The notes beneath the pieces are model-generated. The model had not been told where the DNA came from. It worked only from the letters and a program-made list of their open reading frames with translations, and ran no database searches. The position numbers and the translations under genes are program-made. From NCBI GenBank assembly GCA_036785375.1, contig JAWMAR010000151.1, positions 3,100,001-3,164,000 on the forward strand: a DNA stretch of 64,000 nt. The letters run 5' to 3'. This document shows, one piece after another, positions 40,074 to 57,300 of the stretch. Source of the DNA: Leucoraja ocellata (Eukaryota). The stretch's first letter is position 1. Each line of letters begins with the position of its first letter.

Positions 40074-40627
40074 AACATCAAAATTTGAGATTAGTGGTGG
40101 CACACCCTACTGAAGAGGCATTTGATGCCATTCTGATGGCTGGGAAGACAACACGTGGATAGTGTATCTGTCCTAAGGAAAAGACATACTACAGGCTGGA
40201 CTGTAAAGAAAGTTTCACCATCATTCAGATGAAAACATTGAGACTCCATAAAGAATTAGCACAGAGAGATTCTAGAGAGGGTAATACTTCTCTCTCAACC
40301 TTCTGTTGCTACTTCCATGGAGACAATGCTAGGGATGAGCAGTATCCACATGCATCTGGACACTTAAACCTTGGAAAAATTGCATTCAAACAAGAAAAGA
40401 ACTACACTGCAGTGCAATTCATTCAACATGGATACGTTGCTTCTGGGCTCTCTCGTGTCATCCAGATGAAATGGGTAAAGCTAATTCATTTTCCAAATCA
40501 ATTGAAACCATAAGTAGAAATTTAAATGTACCTGTGTTTCACTGGTTTCACTGCTCATCTCTAAACATGACTACAACTATTAGTTATCATGGTAAACAAC
40601 ACTATAAAAAGTTTATCACAATCTTAC

Positions 40628-40765
40628 CTTCCGACCAACCGAAACCATGGGAAACGATCGTAAAATGGATCTCCACCCGTCATAACATTGTCACAGTCAT
40701 CGACCACACTGGAAGGCACTTCAGCGGCACGGTCATACATCTCACGCATCAGGTCTAGTCTCTGT
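40628..40765 (-). CDS. KIF1A: KIF1A exon: [45 protein letters not shown]
   Basis: 138 nt; TTGCAG acceptor, AAG|GTAAGA donor; phase 2-2. Confidence 0.97.
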
Positions 40766-40929
40766 CTGCAAGAGATATGAGTCCAACACACTAATCTCAG
40801 CCACATCCTTACAGGCACGGGCACAAACAGAGGTCACGCTGATTGCAGAAGTGCCGCTGGCTGCAGAAGCCCCACAGTGGAGAGGCAGTGCTCAGCCGTG
40901 TGAGTAGATTCAAGAAAGTTTACTGTCAT

Positions 40930-41623
40930 NNNNNNNNNNNNNNNNNNNNNNNNNNNNNNNNNNNNNNNNNNNNNNNNNNNNNNNNNNNNNNNNNNNNNNN
41001 NNNNNNNNNNNNNNNNNNNNNNNNNNNNNNNNNNNNNNNNNNNNNNNNNNNNNNNNNNNNNNNNNNNNNNNNNNNNNNNNNNNNNNNNNNNNNNNNNNNN
41101 NNNNNNNNNNNNNNNNNNNNNNNNNNNNNNNNNNNNNNNNNNNNNNNNNNNNNNNNNNNNNNNNNNNNNNNNNNNNNNNNNNNNNNNNNNNNNNNNNNNN
41201 NNNNNNNNNNNNNNNNNNNNNNNNNNNNNNNNNNNNNNNNNNNNNNNNNNNNNNNNNNNNNNNNNNNNNNNNNNNNNNNNNNNNNNNNNNNNNNNNNNNN
41301 NNNNNNNNNNNNNNNNNNNNNNNNNNNAGAGTGTGTGTGTTTGAGTATATGTGTGTGTGTGAGTGTATGTGTGTTGTGAGTGTATGTGTGCGTGAGTGTA
41401 TGTATGTGTGAGTGTATGTGTGTGTGAGTGTGCGAGTCTGNNNNNNNNNNNNNNNNNNNNNNNNNNNNNNNNNNNNNNNNNNNNNNNNNNNNNNNNNNNN
41501 NNNNNNNNNNNNNNNNNNNNNNNNNNNNNNNNNNNNNNNNNNNNNNNNNNNNNNNNNNNNNNNNNNNNNNNNNNNNNNNNNNNNNNNNNNNNNNNNNNNN
41601 NNNNNNNNNNNNNNNNNNNNNNN
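40930..41623. other. Assembly gaps (40930-41327, 41441-41623) around a (TG)n-rich microsatellite
   Basis: N runs; TG-rich island at 41328-41440. Confidence 0.99.
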
Positions 41624-41689
41624 AATATTGCATTGGGGGACCAGCCCTCCCGTGTGCAGCTGGGACCCAACGGGTCCCACTTAGTCTAG
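41624..41689 (+). mobile_element. Helitron-like 3' terminus
   Basis: Perfect hairpin TGGGACCC-AAC-GGGTCCCA (41661-41679), then CTAG (41686-89) followed by T. Confidence 0.6.
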
Positions 41690-41723
41690 TTTCCTCTAGA
41701 ATTCTGGAATAAGGCAGCCTAAC

Positions 41724-41972
41724 TCATTATCACTTAGCCCAGAGCCAATAATGGACAATTGTGGGCTCCATGTTTCCTTGCTCATCGTTATCATTCTGCA
41801 TATCTTTAATTCATTCATTCTATTTCTCTCTACTTCACCGTTTATATATCTTGTTTCCCTCGCCCCTGACTCTCAGTTCAAAGAAGGGTCTCGACCCGAA
41901 ACGTCACCTATTCCTTTTCTCCAGAGATGCTGCCTGACCCGCTGAGTTATTCCAGGTTTTTGTGTCTATCTT
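41724..41972 (+). mobile_element. Penelope-type repeat insertion with a 9-bp TSD and hammerhead-like motif
   Basis: CAGCCTAAC at 41715-23 and 41973-81; GGGTCTCGACCCGAAACGTC at 41886-41905. Confidence 0.7.
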
Positions 41973-42603
41973 CAGCCTAACCTTAACTTTGGGGCTGACA
42001 GCAGGAAATACCTTTTCACACAAGAGGTTGTGGAGATCTGATCTTTGCTCGTACCACATGACTGCAGATGCTGGGACAATTGAAAATTCAAAGCCAAGTT
42101 TATAGGATCTTTGTTAGGTCATGGTTTATGATGGATTATGGAGCAGAGATGGGATAGTGGATCAGCCAAAAGCTTTTATTGAACAAAGTCTCCTAGTGGG
42201 AGATTTTAATAGGTCTGAGATAAATCATGATGATATGAAACAAGTAATGTTAACGTTAGAAAATCTTAGCAGTACACATGTCAGCTTAAGAAATATTTAG
42301 CTTTCAGATTCAAACTGGGCAAGAATATGAACAATGGAACAGATTACCCATCAGCACAATGCCAAAACTACCCCTCATTTTGAGTTCCATCTTGTACACA
42401 TCTGTACTGAAAGTGCAATCTTGGTTAACATGCCCAACAATGAAACATTTTAGGAAAATTTGTATGAATATACTTCTCCAGCACAGTATCAGAGTATCAA
42501 GCTGAGTTCTATGTTGAGACTGTTCCAATAACTTTGTATTTGTTTTTAAATGAATTATATTCTTACCTAGCCATATTGTTCTTAGAAACAGACTTTCTGG
42601 TTA

Positions 42604-42831
<228 letters not shown>

Positions 42832-43271
42832 TTAAAGCAAGTTTCTATGAGCCCTTCTCAAACATTCACACCTCTGGGAACTATGTGATTAATGGGATAA
42901 TTGGGTTTTATTACTTCCAGATAGCACCTCCTCATACACGTTTCCTTCCTCTTTCATGTCCCTCAAACAATACCACCTTATAACTGGCATTCTTTCTCCA
43001 ATCTTTCTTCTGGCCCATTCAGGCTAGCTTCTCTCCTGCATTGTATAGAGACCCACAGTAGGCACGGTCTTGAATTACATCCTTTGGAATTGCAGTAGGG
43101 AGATCTGTCTCTGTACCGGGTGAGCTATATACGCAGCATCTGCTGGCCGTAAATGTCTCATTGCAATGGCAAAGGAGACATTGTGACTTTTCTCTGGCCT
43201 TTGTTGGACCCATTCACAACTATAACAGGTTACATGACAACACCACTGTGGGAATCTCTCTGTCACCCTTA

Positions 43272-46694
<3,423 letters not shown>

Positions 46695-46708
46695 TTAACT
46701 GTAGTCAT

Positions 46709-47963
46709 CAATAGACAATAGACAATAGGTGCAGGAGCAGGCCATTTGGCCCTTCGAGCCAGCACCGCCATTCAACGTGATCATGGCTGACCATCCACAA
46801 TCAGTACCCTGTTCCTGCCTTCTCCTCATATCCCCTGACTCCGCTCTCTTTAAGAGCCCTATCAAGCTCTCTCTTGAAAGTATCCAGAGAACCGGCCGCC
46901 ACCTCCCTCTGCGGCCGAGAATTCCATACTCACAACTCTTTGTGTGAAAAAGTGTTTCCTCATCTCCGTTCTAAATGCCTTACCCCTTATTCTTAAACTG
47001 TGGCCCCTGGTTCTGGTCTCTCCCAACATCGGGAACATGTTTCTTGCCTCAAGCATGTCCAAATTCTTAATAATCTAATATGTTTCAATACGATAGCCTC
47101 TCATCCTTCTAAATTCCAGAGTATACAAGCCCAGCTGCTCTATTCTCTCAGTATTTGACAGCCCCGCCATCCCGGAAATTAACCTTGTGAACCTACGCTG
47201 CACTCCCTCAATAGCAATAATGTCCTTCCTCAAATTAGGGGACCAAAACTGCACACAATACTCCAGGTGTACACAATACTCCAGGTGTGGTCTCACTAGG
47301 GCCCTGTACAACTGCAGAAGGACCTCTTTGCTCCTATACTCAACTCCTCTTGTTGTGAAGGCCAACATGCCATTCGTTTTCTTCACTGCCTGCTGTACCT
47401 GCATGCTAACTTTCATTGACTGATGTACAAGGACCCCCTGATCTCTTTGTACTTCCCCGTTTCCCAACTTGACACCATTTAGATAATAATCTGCCTTCCT
47501 GTTTTCGCTACCAAAGTGCATAACCTCACAATTCTCCACATTAAACTGCATCTGCCATGCATCTGCCCACTAACCCAACCTGTCCAAGTCACCCTGCATT
47601 CTCATAACATCCTCCTCACAGTTCACACTGCCACCCAGCTTTGTGTCATCTGCAAATTTGCTAATGTTACTTTGAATCTCTTCATCTAAATCATTGAGGT
47701 ATATAGTAAATAGCTGCGGTCCCAGCACCGAGCCTTGCGGTACGCCACTAGTCACTGCCGTCCATTCTGAAAGGGACCCGTTAATCCTTACTCTTTGTTT
47801 CCTATCTGCCAACCAATTTTCTATCCATGTCAGCACTCTACCCCCAATATCATGTGCTCTAATTTTGTCCACTAGTCTCTTATGTGGAACCTTATCAAAT
47901 ACTTTCTGAAAGTCCAGGTACACTACATCCACTGGCTCTCCCTTGTCCATTTTCCTAGTTACA
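46709..47963 (-). mobile_element. CR1 LINE 3' 1.25 kb, tail-to-tail with the preceding copy
   Basis: ORFs 47570-48091 and 47075-47551 (RT motifs); (TATTGTC)n tail; internal 18-bp duplication giving HLEYCVHLEYCV. Confidence 0.93.
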
Positions 47964-48116
47964 CCATCACAAGAGCAGCACTTGCTGTGAGAGTTAGTTG
48001 ACTCTTCAAATGTTGCCACAGCTTCCTGATCTATTTCGCTAGCTTCCTTGCTAATGCCACGGGGAAATGAGACAATAGTAAAACATGACAAAAAATGAAG
48101 AGGGATGTTCTCTCAC

Positions 48117-48210
48117 CTTCCTCCTCTGGTTCTTCATCTTCCTGTACATTTTCTGGGTAAAAGCAGGAATCCATCTGCCTTTGTAAAGCTTCCAGTCTGC
48201 TTTCGTAGTC
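48117..48210 (-). CDS. KIF1A: KIF1A exon: [31 protein letters not shown]
   Basis: 94 nt; TTCTAG acceptor, AAG|GTGAGA donor; phase 0-1. Confidence 0.95.
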
Positions 48211-48773
48211 CTAGAATGGTAGACAAAAACAGGGGTGAGAAATGTTACGGCTCTTTACCTTTGGAGCCGTTAATAATGCTGGACGACAGGCGCTTGGATT
48301 GGGATGTCCAATTAATCGAAACATTATGTGCATCAATTTCCTCCTTCAAATGTGTTACGGGATGCCAGTTTATTGGGAACTTTAGTAACCTTTATCCATG
48401 AAAACATTAATTGGATGCTCCCGCTGGAGCCAAAGTAGTGTTTCGATAGTTCTTCAATCTGAATGATTTTTTTCCCCTCAAATGTTTCCTGATCTTCTGA
48501 GTATGTCTAGCACTGTCTATTTTCATATCTGTCTTCACCATATTTGCCAATTCCATCACCTAGGAAGCTCTGGTGGTTCTCCTCTCCACCCACCCTCTCC
48601 TCTTGTGGGAATGTGCATGGACAGACTCCAAGCTGTCTTGTCTTTAAAAGGCTGTCAATTACATTATTGTTTCCTGGTCCTTGACTCGACTTTACCTCAG
48701 TGAGATTCAGTCTTAATTCACCGAAATTATGTTGTTGGCTCAGAAAGTCTCAGTAAAGTTTAATGTTACATAC

Positions 48774-48846
48774 CAGTCGCTGCTGTTCTAACAGTAAATC
48801 AGCTTCCTCCTTTTCTCTCCGGTACTGAGTTTCTAGTTCTTGCAAC
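48774..48846 (-). CDS. KIF1A: KIF1A exon (CC2): LQELETQYRREKEEADLLLEQQRL
   Basis: 73 nt; TCTTAG acceptor, CTG|GTATGT donor; phase 2-0. Confidence 0.95.
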
Positions 48847-49886
48847 CTAAGAAATAATTCAATTAAGTAAAATCCATACAAAGTATCATAGTTTACTGCA
48901 AGTCTCTTCAATGTAGAATAAAATTAAATGAAAGTTGATATAAACCTGGGAGAAAAAGTTTGTGTTTATTATTGTAAATATCCCTCAACACTGTGCCATA
49001 AGAAATTATGCGTATAGTATAGAGAACACCGTGTATAGAATACTAATTCCATTCGCGCTATCCTATTAAACACTGCCACAAAACACAATTGTTATGTAAG
49101 TATCTAGATGAGCACTGGAATCATTGAGGAGTAGAAGGTTATGAGTCATGCTGGAAAATTAGTGTAGACAGGTGCGTGATAATTGGCATGGTGGGTTGAA
49201 GGACATGTTTCTGTGTCATGATTCTATTCTCTGTGAGAATAAACCTCTTCCATCTATTACCCTGAGTGTGTCATGTTGTTGCTTTTAATGATTTGTCTGT
49301 AGTTCCTGGAAGTAACCTTGTTCTCGCGGTGAAAATTCACCAGTAAAGAAATGAAAAGCTTGGACATACCTCACTTCTATTTCACTGTGAAATGATGACT
49401 ACAATAGAACAAAGACGTAAAGGGTTTTTAACGTTACCTTCTACCTACAGTAGAAGGAAACGGTGTTCTATACATCATCACAATCAAAAATAATAAGATA
49501 GTAAAGTGGTGAACATGCGCAATCAGGATATTCCTGGGGTTTGTTGTCACTAAATGGAAAACCAAACCATGTAAAATTGAGTACAAAATCTAAAGCTGTC
49601 ATTGGAAGCGAATATGATTGTTTTATGGGTACCAACCCAATCCAAGGCTTTAACTAATTCATAACCAAAGAATATTTTCACTGAATAAAGCCATGTTATC
49701 GTCAACTAACAGAACTCATAAATTCAACCATTACCATTTTAAAAAGGTATGCAATGGAACCTTGAATGCAGGTCGATGGACAAAATGCAGTATTTGTCAT
49801 TCAATAGGCTGTTCAACTTCACGTCACTAAATTTTACAGGGAATGCTTTGTTTGATTCTCTTTGGACACCATTATTCCTCATTTTA

Positions 49887-50153
<267 letters not shown>

Positions 50154-50184
50154 TCAGAAGCCATTACTCATTACATCCCAGAGC

Positions 50185-52352
50185 ACTCAAGGAGGTGGCC
50201 CTAGAAATTGTGAACACATTGGTGATAATTTTCAATAGACTCTGGATCAGTTCAATGTGGACTGGATGGTAGCTAATATAACCCTACTATTAAAGAAAGG
50301 AGGGAGAGAGAAAACAGGGGATTATAGACCAGTTAGCCTGACATTGGTTGTGGGAAGATTCTTGTTGATTATTAAAGAAGTAAAAGCAGAGCATTTGGAA
50401 AGCAGTGACAGGATCAGTTAAAGTCAGCATGGATTTATGAAGGGGAAATCATGCTTGACTGATCTTCTGGAATTTGTTGAGGATGTAACAAGTAGAATGG
50501 ATAAGGGAGAGCCAGTGGATGTGGTGAATGTCGACTTTCTAAAAGCCTTTGACAATGTCCCACACAAGAGATATGTATGCAAAATTAGAGCACATGGTAT
50601 TGGGGATAGGGTATTCGGTGGGGGCGCTGCAAGCCGGCAGTCCTGCCAGCAGCGTGTGAGATTTTTTTACTTTTTTTTAGTGTGTTTAAATGTATGTATT
50701 TAATGTTTCTCTGTTTTTTGTGTGCCGGGTGATGTGGGGGGGTAAGGGGGAAACCGCTTTGGTCGTCTCCTCCACAGAGAGGCAACTTTTTCCATGTCGC
50801 CTCCCCCGTGGCCTAACATCGAGGATCGGTGTGGCCTTTCCCGGAGACTCCATGGACTCCCGGCGTGGAGCGGGCGAGCCCTTGCTGGGGGCTCGCCGGA
50901 GGGGAGCGCTCTGTTTCGCTGGCCCACGGCAGCCTGAAACCGCGGTCTGCAGAGCTCCAGCTGGCGCAGTGTCCGCAGCGTGGGACCCCTCGCTGGGGAC
51001 CCGGGAGAAGAAGAAGCTCCCACCGCAGGCCTGTGGCCAACTTCTACCGCGGGCGTGGCGGGGACTTACCATCAGGAGCGGGGACCCTCGCTGGGGACCC
51101 CTGGAGGAGAGCTTCGACCGCCGGCCCTGCGGTCTGCGGTGCTTCTGGCTGCGGTGCAGAGGGAACTTTAAATCTTCGACCGCCAGCCTGCGGCCTACAC
51201 CAACCTGAAGCTGCAGTCTACGGTGGGGGAGGCACCGTTTCAGGACTTACCTTGACTTTCACTCATCTGGACCATGCGGAGGGTTGAGGTCCCGACCATG
51301 GGGGAAAATGGAGGAGGACTGGCCAAATTTTGTGCCTTCCACCACAGTGATGAATGTTGTGGTGGATGTTTGTGTTAATTTTTTATTGTGTTTTTGTGTG
51401 TTCTTTTTCATTGTACCAATGCTGGCAAATTCATTTCACTTGCACTTTATGTGCAAGTGACGAATAAAACTGATTGTATTTGATTGTATTGTAGGGTATT
51501 GACATGGATAGAGAGCTAGTTGGCAGACAGGAAGCAAAGAGCAGGAATTAATGTGTCCTTTTCAGAAAGGCAGGCAATGACTAACGGGCGCCTCAAGGTT
51601 CAGTGCTGGGATTCCAGTTATTTACAATATATATTAACGATCTTGACGAAGGAATTAAATGTAAAATTTCCAAGTTTGCGGATGACACAAAGTTTGGTGG
51701 CTGGGTGAACTGCGAGGAGGATGCTATGAGGCCTCAGTGTGACTTGGATAGGTTGGGTGAGTGAGACCATGCACGGCAGATGCAGTATAATGTGGATAAA
51801 TGTGAGACTATCCACTTGGGTGGCAAGAAAAAGCAGATTATTATCTGAATGGTGTCAGATTCGAAAAAGGGAAGATGCGACGAGGTTTGGGTGTCCTTGT
51901 ACATCAGTCACTGAAAGTGATCATTCAGGTACAGCAGGCAGTGAAGAAAGATAATGGCATGTTGGCCTTCACAGCGAGAGGAATTGAGTATAGGAGTAAG
52001 GAGGTCCTACTGCAGTTGTACAGGGCCCTGGTGATACCACACCTGGAGTATTGTTTTGGTCTCCTATTTTGAGGAAGGACATTCTTGCTATTGAGGGAAT
52101 GCAGCATAAGTGCACCAGTTTTTCACCCAGAGAGTTGTGAAACTGGAATTCTCTGCCACAGAAGGCAGTCGAGATGATTTCACAATGTTTTTAAGAGAGA
52201 GTTAGATACAGCTCTTCGGGCTAACAGAATCAAGGGATATGGGGAGAAAGCTGGAACGGGGTATTGAATTTGGATGATCAGCCATGATCATATTGAATGG
52301 CGGTGCTGGCTCGAATGGCCTACTCGTGCACCCGTTTTCTATGTTTCTACGT
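50185..52352 (+). mobile_element. CR1 LINE RT fragment interrupted by a GC-rich insertion
   Basis: GKSCLTDLLEF…KAFDNVPH, KFADD and QVQQAVKK motifs; 3' tail at ~52340. Confidence 0.9.
50616..51491 (+). mobile_element. GC-rich non-autonomous retroelement with a Rex1/Babar-type 3' end and 9-bp TSD
   Basis: TAGGGTATT at 50607-15 and 51492-500; 3' hairpin TCACTTGCAC..GTGCAAGTGA, AATAAA and a short-repeat tail. Confidence 0.8.
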
Positions 52353-52409
52353 TTCCAAGTATGGTTTCCTGTTTCCATGCTGTATGATTCGATGGTTGAA
52401 AATATATAC

Positions 52410-52493
52410 CTGATCTAAGTACAGTTGGTTCAGTCACTTGCTTTCCGTTGAGGTATGTGTCTGCTCCTTCACATGGTTCAAGAATGACAATCA
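52410..52493 (-). CDS. KIF1A: KIF1A exon (FHA): (V)[27 protein letters not shown]
   Basis: 84 nt; TTATAG acceptor, CAG|GTATAT donor; phase 1-1. Confidence 0.95.
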
Positions 52494-53623
52494 CTATAAA
52501 GCAGAAGAAAAATGCTGAGAGATTCTTAAAATTAACACAAGTGAGCTGGTAATTTCATCAACCACACTAGATCTTCATGGGTCTCCCTGCTCCCCCTGCA
52601 GTCCACATCAATGACAGCAGCTTTCAGCAATGCAGATTAACCCAGCTTGCCCAGTTCTCTTGCGGTCACTTGAAGATAAATTTTAATATTTGTCTTTGAC
52701 TTCAGTAACAAGAGTGTAATAATTGTTACTGAATGAAAACTCAAAGGAAAATGTTCAGCACAATGACACTACAGGAATCCAGGTCCATTTAAAAAGGTAC
52801 AGAAATAAAAAGCTGACATTAGTAAAAGTAACCATGAAGCTGTTGAAATGCCATAATATCATGAGGGTCTCGACCCAAAACTTCAACAATTCTTTCTCCC
52901 AACAGATGCTGCACTGCTCACTGAGTTCCTCCAGCAGTTTGTTGTTTGATCATAACTAGCCCATGTTATCCTTCAGTGCGTCATAAATTTCAAAAGGCAA
53001 GGTTCATTAAAATGGTAGTGGGATGACAGAAATAATGTACATAGTATCGAAGAAGCTAAAGCAAAGCTCCAGAGAAGTAAATTGTAATCACACTTGGAAG
53101 TAAGGATATTAAAAGCTGTTAAAATGAAGGTTGTGGAATTTAAGGTAGTACTATTAGTACCCATTAAAATATTGCAATGTTCTTTAGAAAATCTACCATC
53201 TGCTTAGACATGGGTCTAGTGTGTTTAACTCTCAGCTACCCTCTGAAATTGAGTAGAAATTAGCTTAATTATATCAAACTGCTCAACAGTCTGGTCATAA
53301 GGTCATTGGTAGTTCCAGAAGCTCTCAACGTCACCTTCTGTCCTGTATTTGGAGGTTTAGTGCTGGCTTTGTCATTAAGACCCACGTAAAAGGCAACAAA
53401 AAGGCCATTCAGTAAATATTTAATAATTGATTGCAGCACACTATGCATAAAATGGACCTCTTCGGTGAGTTGCCATTCCTTGAATGCAGAGCACAGGATC
53501 ATTCATCTAATGTTTCAGTGAGGCCCTGCAGTCCAAATTAAAATTTCACTTGAACATCAGCAACATCAGCCTGGCACCCACTATTAAGATAGTGCTTCAC
53601 ATTAATGTGCAGCTCATAGGTTA

Positions 53624-53812
<189 letters not shown>

Positions 53813-56193
53813 TTAGATTAAATTGTTTTAAATCCATGAAAATTATCACCGAATACCATATTGAAACCCAGATCCACTGTGAAGTTCTTATGCTTGATTG
53901 CCTAGTACTGCATCAGGAGTTTAATTATAATGAAACCAATCAATTGTTCACAATTTCTATTAAGGCCGTGGCATATAACTGAGTGAGTTTATGTTTGAAA
54001 TGCACCAAATTGCTGGCAATAGCCATTTAGACTGATTCTCTCAGGATTCCATCACAAATAAATGAAAAAGGGATGCAACCAATGTGTAAATTACTGGGGT
54101 GTGCGTGTGTGAGAGAGTGACTTTGAGTGTATGTTCTTTTGTCTTGACCAATTGGTAGCCTTCATTCACATCATTTTGTGGCCATTTGTGATGTGTTGCC
54201 AGGTTCAATGTCTGTCTATGTACCACCCAGCACCACAGATTAGAGATTAATTACCATAATCTAGTTTGGCCATCAATGGAGAAAAATCATGGGTACAGTT
54301 ATAAAAAGTGTGTGCTTTTGTTTTAAGCATTCATGAAGATTTCTTAATTGTTATTCATAAAATATTGAAGATGGGAAACAAGATTGAATAATGGTCAAGA
54401 AACACCCACTCAGCAAATGAAGAGCCTGTTTGTTTACTGATCAGAAAGGAAGGTGGTATTTTGTGAAGCTCGCGTATCGGACAACCAAAGGTGGGATTGT
54501 TGGAATGGGGCGGACTGGAGATGGGAGTTTACATGATGAAATCTTCTGAAACACATCCAACCACCTGGAGGTAACTATGCGCACAATTGCTGCAGTGTGC
54601 AAATTTAATTAATTGCACATGAACAGTTACAAGAAATGACAGACATTATATAAATTCAAACTTGCATGATGTGAGGCACATACGTAAAACTGAACTGAAC
54701 AAGCAATCAACCAATATCCAAAAATAATATTACTCAATTATCTTAGTTATAGCCTAGAAAGTGAAGAAATCCTAACTTAGAATTTGGTTTATACGTGTCT
54801 GAAGTTCCTGTTTAAATATATGTGGTCAGATTTTCAAGATCCAAGAATATCTTGGTAACTTTTCTTAAATGGAAATAGGAGCTGCTCTGTTCATGCCCAA
54901 GAAAGTCTATATAAGCACCTGAGAGAAGGAACCAATCAGTCTGAACCTCCCAAAAAAAGATAAATCAGTTTTGGTATCCAAGAAGCAATATGGACTGACT
55001 GCCAGACTGCTAAAAATGTTATATGAAAACAAACGATGCATTACCTCGAGGTTATTTTCAATGAGTAAGATTAGTTCATTGAGTTTATTTTTATGCTGCC
55101 TTGTGGTTGAGTAGAGGATGGTCTATTGTCAGCTTGCAGTCATATTTATGGTTCTTATTTATGTGTTTGCTTATGTTTTGGTAAAAAAAAGATTAGCTTG
55201 ATATTTTAAATTAAAAATGTACCTAATGTGACATTTGCAGGGCATTTAGTTAAGACCATAAGCAGCCGTGTAGGTAATTGCCAAGCAGCGTGTGCTGTTT
55301 GCTTCCCAGGTACAGTGCTAAATGCTTACCAACTTTAAACCAAGTTAGTCATTCTCAGAGGTATTGGGAACGATCCAAAGATATCAAGAGTTGTGTAGAT
55401 GCCAAACATCTGCTCACGGGATGAGTCATCAGCATTTCTGGCTTCTGTTCATGCTGCCACTGCTAATTCCTGAAGATTTTAAATCACCTCATAATACACT
55501 GCAGGCTGTTACTTCTGTGAATAGGCAATATTTCAGCACGGGTGCAACATAGATCATTTGAAATGGATTGTGGGGAACATTTATTGGTCCCCTTGGGCCT
55601 CCGTGGGAATGAGGCTCACAAACTCTGGCAAACAAGCTGCTGAAATGATCTCCAGCAAGAGGATTATTAAAGAACCACAAACGTAACAGTCCATTTCGTT
55701 CAAGTTTACATAAAACCCCACAGAAATTACACCATGGAAAAGGCTGGGTGGCTCCATCAGCCCATGTTGGTATTTATCCCTTACGGGAAGAGCAGACCAA
55801 ATTTTAAGCACTTGGCCTGTTCCAATAACTCCAGGCCCTCCTTTCCAGATTATATTGGTGTCAATATTGTCGCTGCTACAACAACAAACATTAGTAGTTC
55901 ATGCCAGTCTTGCAATACTTCAGAGTTCTATTGCCTTCTGTATTAAATCTCATAGATGCTCCCTGATTTATGCAAGGGTTACATCCCACGGACCTTTGCG
56001 CAAGTCAGATATTGTGACCATGTGGGTGCTCCAACGTGGAGACCACGTGGGTGCCATTGGGCTTGAATAATTGCTTATGTAAGTGTGAGTTTAATTAGTT
56101 CACCTGTTGTGTACGTCGGCGAGTGCCTGTACTTTTCATTTAACATCTCTTTACCCAACGCATCTCAGCACATGAACTCAGTTTTGGTTTCAC

Positions 56194-56291
56194 CAGTCTG
56201 AAGAATGGTCTCAACCCAAACCATCACCTATCCATATTCTCCAGGGAAGCAGCCTGACCTGCTAAATTACTCCAACATTTTGTGTCTTTTA
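56194..56291 (+). mobile_element. Penelope-type repeat fragment with an 11-bp TSD, starting at the hammerhead-like core
   Basis: TTTGGTTTCAC at 56183-93 and 56292-302; CTGAAGA at 56198-204. Confidence 0.65.
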
Positions 56292-56509
56292 TTTGGTTTC
56301 ACTTAATGCTTTTAACAGAGGCTCTGAGTTATACTTTTTTTTAATCATGTGTTGTTTCTTGCCTGTTTGCAGATAAGTTTTCAATTTGATTATTCCATTA
56401 TTGGTAACTGAAAAAAACATACTTTCCATCTAAATTTAGAGTCAGTCATCACTGTCAATCTATCACTGGCCACATATCCTGAACATTATGCTTTGCTCAG
56501 CCACATTTA

Positions 56510-56650
<141 letters not shown>

Positions 56651-57129
56651 CTATAAGGGAAGATTAGATAATGTCAAAGGAAATTGTGGACTTCTGTGCA
56701 TTAAGAACGTGGGACCAGACATATTTGTTTATTTTGCTAGCTTCACTGTAGTGATTTCCCAGTAAACTAAAAAAATAAATACCATCCAGCTCCTTCGAGT
56801 TTCACCATGGTGGGCTGTTGTGCAGTCGCACACCATTAACATGAATACCACGTATGCTCTGAACTTTGCAAAGCTAAGAAATTAAGCTTTCAATTTGGCA
56901 AACATGTTCTTGTCCATTGAAGGTTTTGTCCATTGGGTGTTGAGCATGGTCAAGCATGGCTCTCACTGACTGGCTGGCAATTAATGTTAATTTGGTCTTT
57001 TGCTATTTGGTTAGTTTTCATTAAGCATGGCAAGATAAATCTACAACCATTCTTTGAATCATTCATTTTGTACACGCCAGGGATTCCTGCATTCACTGTC
57101 CAGCTCCCTGCACATTCCACATAAAACCT

Positions 57130-57300
57130 TGGATCGCCCATATTTGGAGTACTGTTTTCTAGTTCTTGTCCCCATACCAGAAGACATAGGAAGGATGTGC
57201 TGGCTTTAGAGAGGGTACAGATGAGGTTCACCCGGATGTTGTCTGGATTAGCAAGTATTAGCTGTTAGAAGTTGCACAAACTTGGATTGTTTTCTCTAGA
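57130..57300 (+). mobile_element. CR1 RT C-terminal fragment
   Basis: HLEYC and DVLALERVQMRFTRM remnants. Confidence 0.65.

Noticed and set aside
40834-41712. Long ORFs in the supplied track
   Set aside because: Artefacts of N runs and the TG microsatellite.
50686-51287. Several overlapping 100-170 aa ORFs (also 62450-62906 and 38656-39263)
   Set aside because: Stop-poor GC-rich repeat DNA with no recognisable domain.
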